From Candidatus Omnitrophota bacterium (lineage in GTDB: Bacteria > Omnitrophota > Gorgyraeia > Gygaellales > UBA12090), in NCBI GenBank assembly GCA_030674475.1, contig JAUSCZ010000033.1, positions 52,018 to 116,017 of the forward strand: a DNA stretch of 64,000 nt, given 5' to 3'. Under the pieces are notes generated by a model. It was not told the DNA's origin, ran no database searches, and saw nothing but the letters and a program-made list of their open reading frames with translations. The first letter of the stretch is position 1; every line of letters starts with the position of its first letter. Both the position numbers and the translations under genes were made by a program. Positions 59,680 to 64,000 of the stretch are shown one piece after another.

Positions 59680-60451
59680 TTTCTTCGTTGATTGTTTTTA
59701 AATATAATTCTTCCAGGGTAGAATCTTTATTCAGGCCGTATTTTATCTTTATTTCATCCGGTTTCCCGAAAGCCTTGATTCTCCCTTTATCCATAATCGC
59801 GATTTCATCAGCCAGGCTTTCCGCCTCTGATATCTGGTGGGTGGTAAAAAATACGGTTTTACCCAATTCTCTCACTAATTTTTCTTTAATGAATTTCCTG
59901 AAATTTAAGGCCCCGGCGGGGTCAAGTCGGGAAGTGGGTTCATCCATAAAGATAATTTCAGGTTCACTCAGTAGACACCTTAGCAGGCTCAGGCGTTGTT
60001 TCATTCCACTGGAATAATTCTGAAAGGGTTTATCCAGGTCATCAATCTCTAATAGGTTAGAAAGATAGCGCGTTTTTTCCTTTATCCGGGCCGGGGAAAG
60101 ATTATAGAGTATGCCGAAGAATTCCAGGTTTTGCCTTCCGCTGAGGCGCCAATAAAATCCCTTTTCTTCAGAGAACACCAGGCCGATCCGGGATTTTAGG
60201 CTTTGGCTCTGGGTAATTAGATCATATCCCAGAATTTTGGCTGTGCCTTGATCAGGTAATATTAAGGTAGAGAGTATTTTTAGGAGTGTGGTTTTACCCG
60301 CGCCATTAGGCCCTAATAGCGCCAGTATCCGGCCGGGGTTTAATTTAAAGCTTACCTGGTCTAAGGCCAGGATTTCTTTATTTTTCTGGAAAGGCGAAAA
60401 TAAAGGTTTAGGCAGAAAAAATCTTTTGCTGATATTGTGGACCTCAAGCAT
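59669..60451 (-). CDS. ABC transporter ATP-binding protein
   Basis: GPNGAGKTT, YSSGMKQ, MDEPT; start placed at MLEVHNISK. Confidence 0.9.
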   Translation of the reverse strand: MLEVHNISKRFFLPKPLFSPFQKNKEILALDQVSFKLNPGRILALLGPNGAGKTTLLKILSTLILPDQGTAKILGYDLITQSQSLKSRIGLVFSEEKGFYWRLSGRQNLEFFGILYNLSPARIKEKTRYLSNLLEIDDLDKPFQNYSSGMKQRLSLLRCLLSEPEIIFMDEPTSRLDPAGALNFRKFIKEKLVRELGKTVFFTTHQISEAESLADEIAIMDKGRIKAFGKPDEIKIKYGLNKDSTLEELYLKTINEENEA

Positions 60452-60552
60452 ATTTTTAACTTTATCAGAACCCCAGAGCTGTGTCAATACATTCATATAA
60501 AACCAATGACCACGGAAGAAGTCTTTTTCGCGGCCAGGCAATTGTTGAATAA

Positions 60553-60655
60553 ACCCCGTTAGAAAGGACGGGGCTTTTATCCTGCCATTTCTACAAGGAA
60601 TTAAACTTTCATATCTTTCATCCCCGCCATAAATGGCGGGGCTTTCTAACGGGGT
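60553..60655. mobile_element. MITE-like element with 14-bp terminal inverted repeats
   Basis: ACCCCGTTAGAAAG...CTTTCTAACGGGGT; internal hairpin CCCCGCCAT-AA-ATGGCGGGG. Confidence 0.6.
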
Positions 60656-60659
60656 AAAG

Positions 60660-61829
60660 ATGCTTAAGAGAGTCCTGCATATACATACCTTGCCGGTAAT
60701 TAGCGGTTCGGGAATCCATACCTTGATTACCATGCGGGGATTGAAAGGCCGGGGTTATGAGGTGGAGTTTGCCTGCGCTCCCGGCGGGGCGTTGATTGAT
60801 GAGGTTATTAAGATGGGGATACCTTTTCATCCCATAAGATTTTCCGCGCAAAAGATTAATATATTTGCTGATGGTTACGCTTTAATTGAGCTGGTTTGGT
60901 TAATGCGCCGGCGAAAATACACGATTATTCATACCCACAATACTAAGGCGGGATTTTTAGGAAGATTAGCCGGGGCCTTGACTGGTGTGCCGGTCATTGT
61001 GCATACGGTTCATGGATTCGCCTTTCATGATTTTGAGAAACCAGCGTTTCGTAAATTATTTATTATTCTGGAGAGGATTGCTTCTAGATTTGCCGATAAA
61101 TTGATTGCCGTGTCCACGCCTTTAAAAGAGTGGGGATTAAGGCTTAAGGTGGGTAGTAAAGAAAAATACGTGATAATTCACGACGGAATTGAAATAGAAA
61201 GGTTCAATATAAAGATTGATCCGGAAGAAGTAAAACAAAAACTCGGAATTCAGAGGGGAAATTTAGTAGTGGGAACAGTGGCAAAGTTGTGGCCGGGGAA
61301 AGGTCATCACATTATTCTTGAAGCGGCTCCTGCTATTATTAAGGCGGTTCCCAATGTCCAGTTTCTTTTTGTTGGAGACGGATATCTACGTCCTGATTTA
61401 GAAAGGATCGTTGAGGGAAAAGGCCTGAGTAATTATGTGATATTTACCGGTTTTAGGGCGGATATACCCGAAATCACCGCGATTTTCGATCTGGCGGTAT
61501 TGGCTTCTTTCTTTGAGGGATTGGGCCGGGTGCTTTTAGAAGCCATGGTCTTAGGTAAGCCGGTGGTGGCTAGTCGGGTAGGTGGCATCCCGGAGGTAGT
61601 TATTGAAGGGGTGAATGGTTTTTTAGTTTCTCCGGATGATTCTCAAACTTTGGCCCGGCAGATAGTCAAACTGCTAAAAGATGAGGAGCTTCGCCGGAGA
61701 ATGGGGCAGGCGGGAAAAAGGATGATTGATGAAAGATTTTCCGCCCAGAGGATGGTAAGCGATATTGTGAATGTATACGAGGAATTACTGAAAATGAAAG
61801 GCATTTATAGGAAATCAGCCATTGGATAA
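60660..61829 (+). CDS. GT4 family glycosyltransferase
   Basis: HTHNTKAG, HTVHG, KG, EGLGRVLLEAM, GGIPE. Confidence 0.92.
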   Translation: MLKRVLHIHTLPVISGSGIHTLITMRGLKGRGYEVEFACAPGGALIDEVIKMGIPFHPIRFSAQKINIFADGYALIELVWLMRRRKYTIIHTHNTKAGFLGRLAGALTGVPVIVHTVHGFAFHDFEKPAFRKLFIILERIASRFADKLIAVSTPLKEWGLRLKVGSKEKYVIIHDGIEIERFNIKIDPEEVKQKLGIQRGNLVVGTVAKLWPGKGHHIILEAAPAIIKAVPNVQFLFVGDGYLRPDLERIVEGKGLSNYVIFTGFRADIPEITAIFDLAVLASFFEGLGRVLLEAMVLGKPVVASRVGGIPEVVIEGVNGFLVSPDDSQTLARQIVKLLKDEELRRRMGQAGKRMIDERFSAQRMVSDIVNVYEELLKMKGIYRKSAIG

Positions 61830-61891
61830 AATCATTGTAAATAAAGAGGTTATGAGCTATAATCTTCCCTATAAAAGGAGAAACTAAATAA

Positions 61892-63814
61892 GTGGCTCAG
61901 TATGAATTAAATCTAAGGGATTATTGGCAGATTATCCGCAAGAGGCGAGAGGTGTTGATAACGATATTTCTTTCTGTTTCTATTTTTTCCGTTATCTACG
62001 CCAATACACAAAGCCCAGTTTACCAGGCAAGTGCTTCGGTGCGGTGGATAGAGCGCCGGCCGTTGGGAAGTTTATTGACCGAGTTGGTCCAGGTAGATAC
62101 AGGCGACCCCCTGGCCACTCAGAAGATGCTAATCACCAGCCTCCCGGTTATGGAGAGGGTGGTGATGGACCTGGGGCTGGTTGGTGAGCCAAACGCAAGC
62201 GCCCCAACGACAGAAGTTATGCGTAAGGCTGAGGAATTGCAGGGGGCGGTCTCGGTAGAGGTGATTGGCGATACCAATATATTGAAGATAACGGTAACCT
62301 ATCCCGAGCCTAAGATGGCGGCGGATATAGCTAATAAGGCCGCGGAGTCTTATATCGCCGAGAATTTAAAGGAAAAAACCAGGGAAAGTCGTGGCGTCAG
62401 GGAGTTTATCGAGAGGCAATTGACCGAGGTAAGCGCGAAATTGAGGACTTCCGAAGATGAACTGGCCAGGTTTAATGAAATAGAGTCCCCCTCGGGCATA
62501 GCCGTGCCTTTACAGAACAGGCTCGCGGAATTGGATTCTAAGCGGCAGGGCCTGCTTCAGATCTATACCCCGCTGCATCCGGATGTCAAGGCCATTGATG
62601 AGCAGATAGAGGAAGTAAAGCAGCGGCTCAGGAAACTTCCTCAAAAGGAGCTGGACTTCAGCCGTTTAAGCCGGGAGGTGGAAATCAACTCCAAGCTGTA
62701 TCTTGACCTGAAAGGCAAATTAGAGGGCGCCCGTATTTCCGAGGCGGAAAAAACCGAGGATGTAAGCCTGGTTGATCGGGCTGTTCCGCCCAGCTCTCCG
62801 ATCAGTCCGAATAAACCCTTGAATTATCTTTTCGGGGTAATTGTCGGCGCGATGCTGGGTTTGGCCGGGGCATTTATGACGGAGCAGGTAGATACCTCTA
62901 TCGGCACGATTGAAGATGTGGAGAATTTCTTGAAACTGCCCGCGCTGGGAATTATCCCATATTTAAAGGTTAAAGGTGAAAAACCCCGGGGCTTCATTCA
63001 AAGGCTAATCCCTAAGAAACTCAAGTTTGAAGAAAAGATGGCTTTGGTAAAGAAGCAGTTGGTGATTTATTATTCGGCCTCATCTACTATTTCTGAGGCC
63101 TATAGAATGCTCCGGGCCAAGATTCAGACCGAAATATTTAAGGAAAAAATACAAGGGAAGATACTTTTGTTGAGCAGTTCCAGCCCAGAGGAGGGCAAAT
63201 CCATTACTTCTTCTAATCTGGCGGTGGTGATGGCCCAGGGAGGCTTACGCACCTTATTGATTGACGCGGATATGCGCCGCTCGACCATTCATCATATCTT
63301 TGGATTAAAGAAAAAGGAACCGGGTTTATGCGATATTTTAAGAGGAACGGTCAAGCCGGAAGAGGCCATTCGCACTTTTACTGATATCCTGATGGGTGAG
63401 CTGGGTTTTGATGAGGCCCTGAAGATTCCCGGACTGGACAATCTAAGCATCCTGACCAGCGGCTCGGTCCCCAATATTCCGGCTGAGCTTATTTCCTCCG
63501 GAGAGATGTTCGACTTGTTGGATAAACTGCGTTTGAAGTTTGATCTTATCTTGATTGATTCTCCTCCGGTTTTGGCGGTAGCGGACGCGGTGATTTTGGC
63601 CCCTAAGGCTGACGGGGTAATTCTGGTATACAGGGTAGGGTCTGTGGCTCGTTCGGTATTGTCCCGGGCAAAATCGCAGTTAATAGAAGCCGGAGGCCAG
63701 GTAAAAGGCATAATCTTAAACAATATTTCCTCCGAGATTGAGACGCGCTATGCCTATTCCTATCAGTATAGAGGTTACGGCAAATATTACGCGGATGAGA
63801 AGAAAGGGGAATAG
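61892..63814 (+). CDS. Wzc/GumC-type polysaccharide co-polymerase with BY-kinase
   Basis: Wzz-type N-terminus, HPDV, EEGKS Walker A, IDADMR, DSPP, Tyr-rich C-terminal tail. Confidence 0.92.
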   Translation: MAQYELNLRDYWQIIRKRREVLITIFLSVSIFSVIYANTQSPVYQASASVRWIERRPLGSLLTELVQVDTGDPLATQKMLITSLPVMERVVMDLGLVGEPNASAPTTEVMRKAEELQGAVSVEVIGDTNILKITVTYPEPKMAADIANKAAESYIAENLKEKTRESRGVREFIERQLTEVSAKLRTSEDELARFNEIESPSGIAVPLQNRLAELDSKRQGLLQIYTPLHPDVKAIDEQIEEVKQRLRKLPQKELDFSRLSREVEINSKLYLDLKGKLEGARISEAEKTEDVSLVDRAVPPSSPISPNKPLNYLFGVIVGAMLGLAGAFMTEQVDTSIGTIEDVENFLKLPALGIIPYLKVKGEKPRGFIQRLIPKKLKFEEKMALVKKQLVIYYSASSTISEAYRMLRAKIQTEIFKEKIQGKILLLSSSSPEEGKSITSSNLAVVMAQGGLRTLLIDADMRRSTIHHIFGLKKKEPGLCDILRGTVKPEEAIRTFTDILMGELGFDEALKIPGLDNLSILTSGSVPNIPAELISSGEMFDLLDKLRLKFDLILIDSPPVLAVADAVILAPKADGVILVYRVGSVARSVLSRAKSQLIEAGGQVKGIILNNISSEIETRYAYSYQYRGYGKYYADEKKGE

Positions 63815-63865
63815 CTTTCAGAAAGGAATAGATATAAAACCAACCCCTACGTTGGGGTTATTTTT

Positions 63866-64000
63866 ATGAATACGCGCTGGATGCATATTGTGTGTCTGCA
63901 TATTTTTTTAGCAGGCATATGCCTTTCCCGCGCCTTTGCCCAGGAAAAACTTTCAGCCTACCCCGCGGTTATCCATATCCATTCTACCATCAGCCAGGCT
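63866..64000 (+). CDS. 5' part of a secreted PHP-domain-like protein (runs off the window)
   Basis: MNTRWMHIVCLHIFLAGICLSRAFA signal-like peptide, then IHIHS motif. Confidence 0.5.
   Translation, partial: MNTRWMHIVCLHIFLAGICLSRAFAQEKLSAYPAVIHIHSTISQA

Noticed and set aside
60452-60733. 94-aa N-terminal extension of the ABC ATPase and early start of GT4 in the ORF track
   Set aside because: Runs through the MITE-like element and overlaps the opposite-strand gene; domain similarity starts at MLEVHNISK and MLKRVLHI

Overview
Bacterial chromosomal segment, almost entirely + strand. The gene set and repeat style suggest an anaerobe of the PVC group such as Ca. Omnitrophota (inference only). Housekeeping blocks: ligA end, xerD, tRNA nucleotidyltransferase, gpsA, tRNA-Pro(GGG), hom-thrC-coaB-apgM-lysC-cimA-valS-nadC-uvrB, birA-coaX, DEAD helicase, CIRCE-groESL, dpp/opp ABC, marC-glgC-GNAT, acyl-CoA dehydrogenase-etfBA. 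Three accessory regions stand out. (1) A c-di-GMP-I riboswitch-led operon ending in a secreted charged-repeat protein (4.5-6.6 kb). (2) A ~14 kb defence island (22.0-35.8 kb) with an intact type III R-M system carrying a DUF3800-like gene plus a candidate convergent structured ncRNA between mod and res, preceded by a decayed paralogous module that kept only its cargo gene (GmrSD-like). (3) A radical SAM/SPASM RiPP-like cluster inside an exopolysaccharide locus (54.4-60.5 kb), with a 49-aa YxxPxL-leader, Cys/Ser/Thr-rich precursor missing from the ORF track. Many short palindromic or heptamer repeats sit in-frame inside housekeeping genes, five in valS alone. All family assignments come from motif recognition, not database searches.
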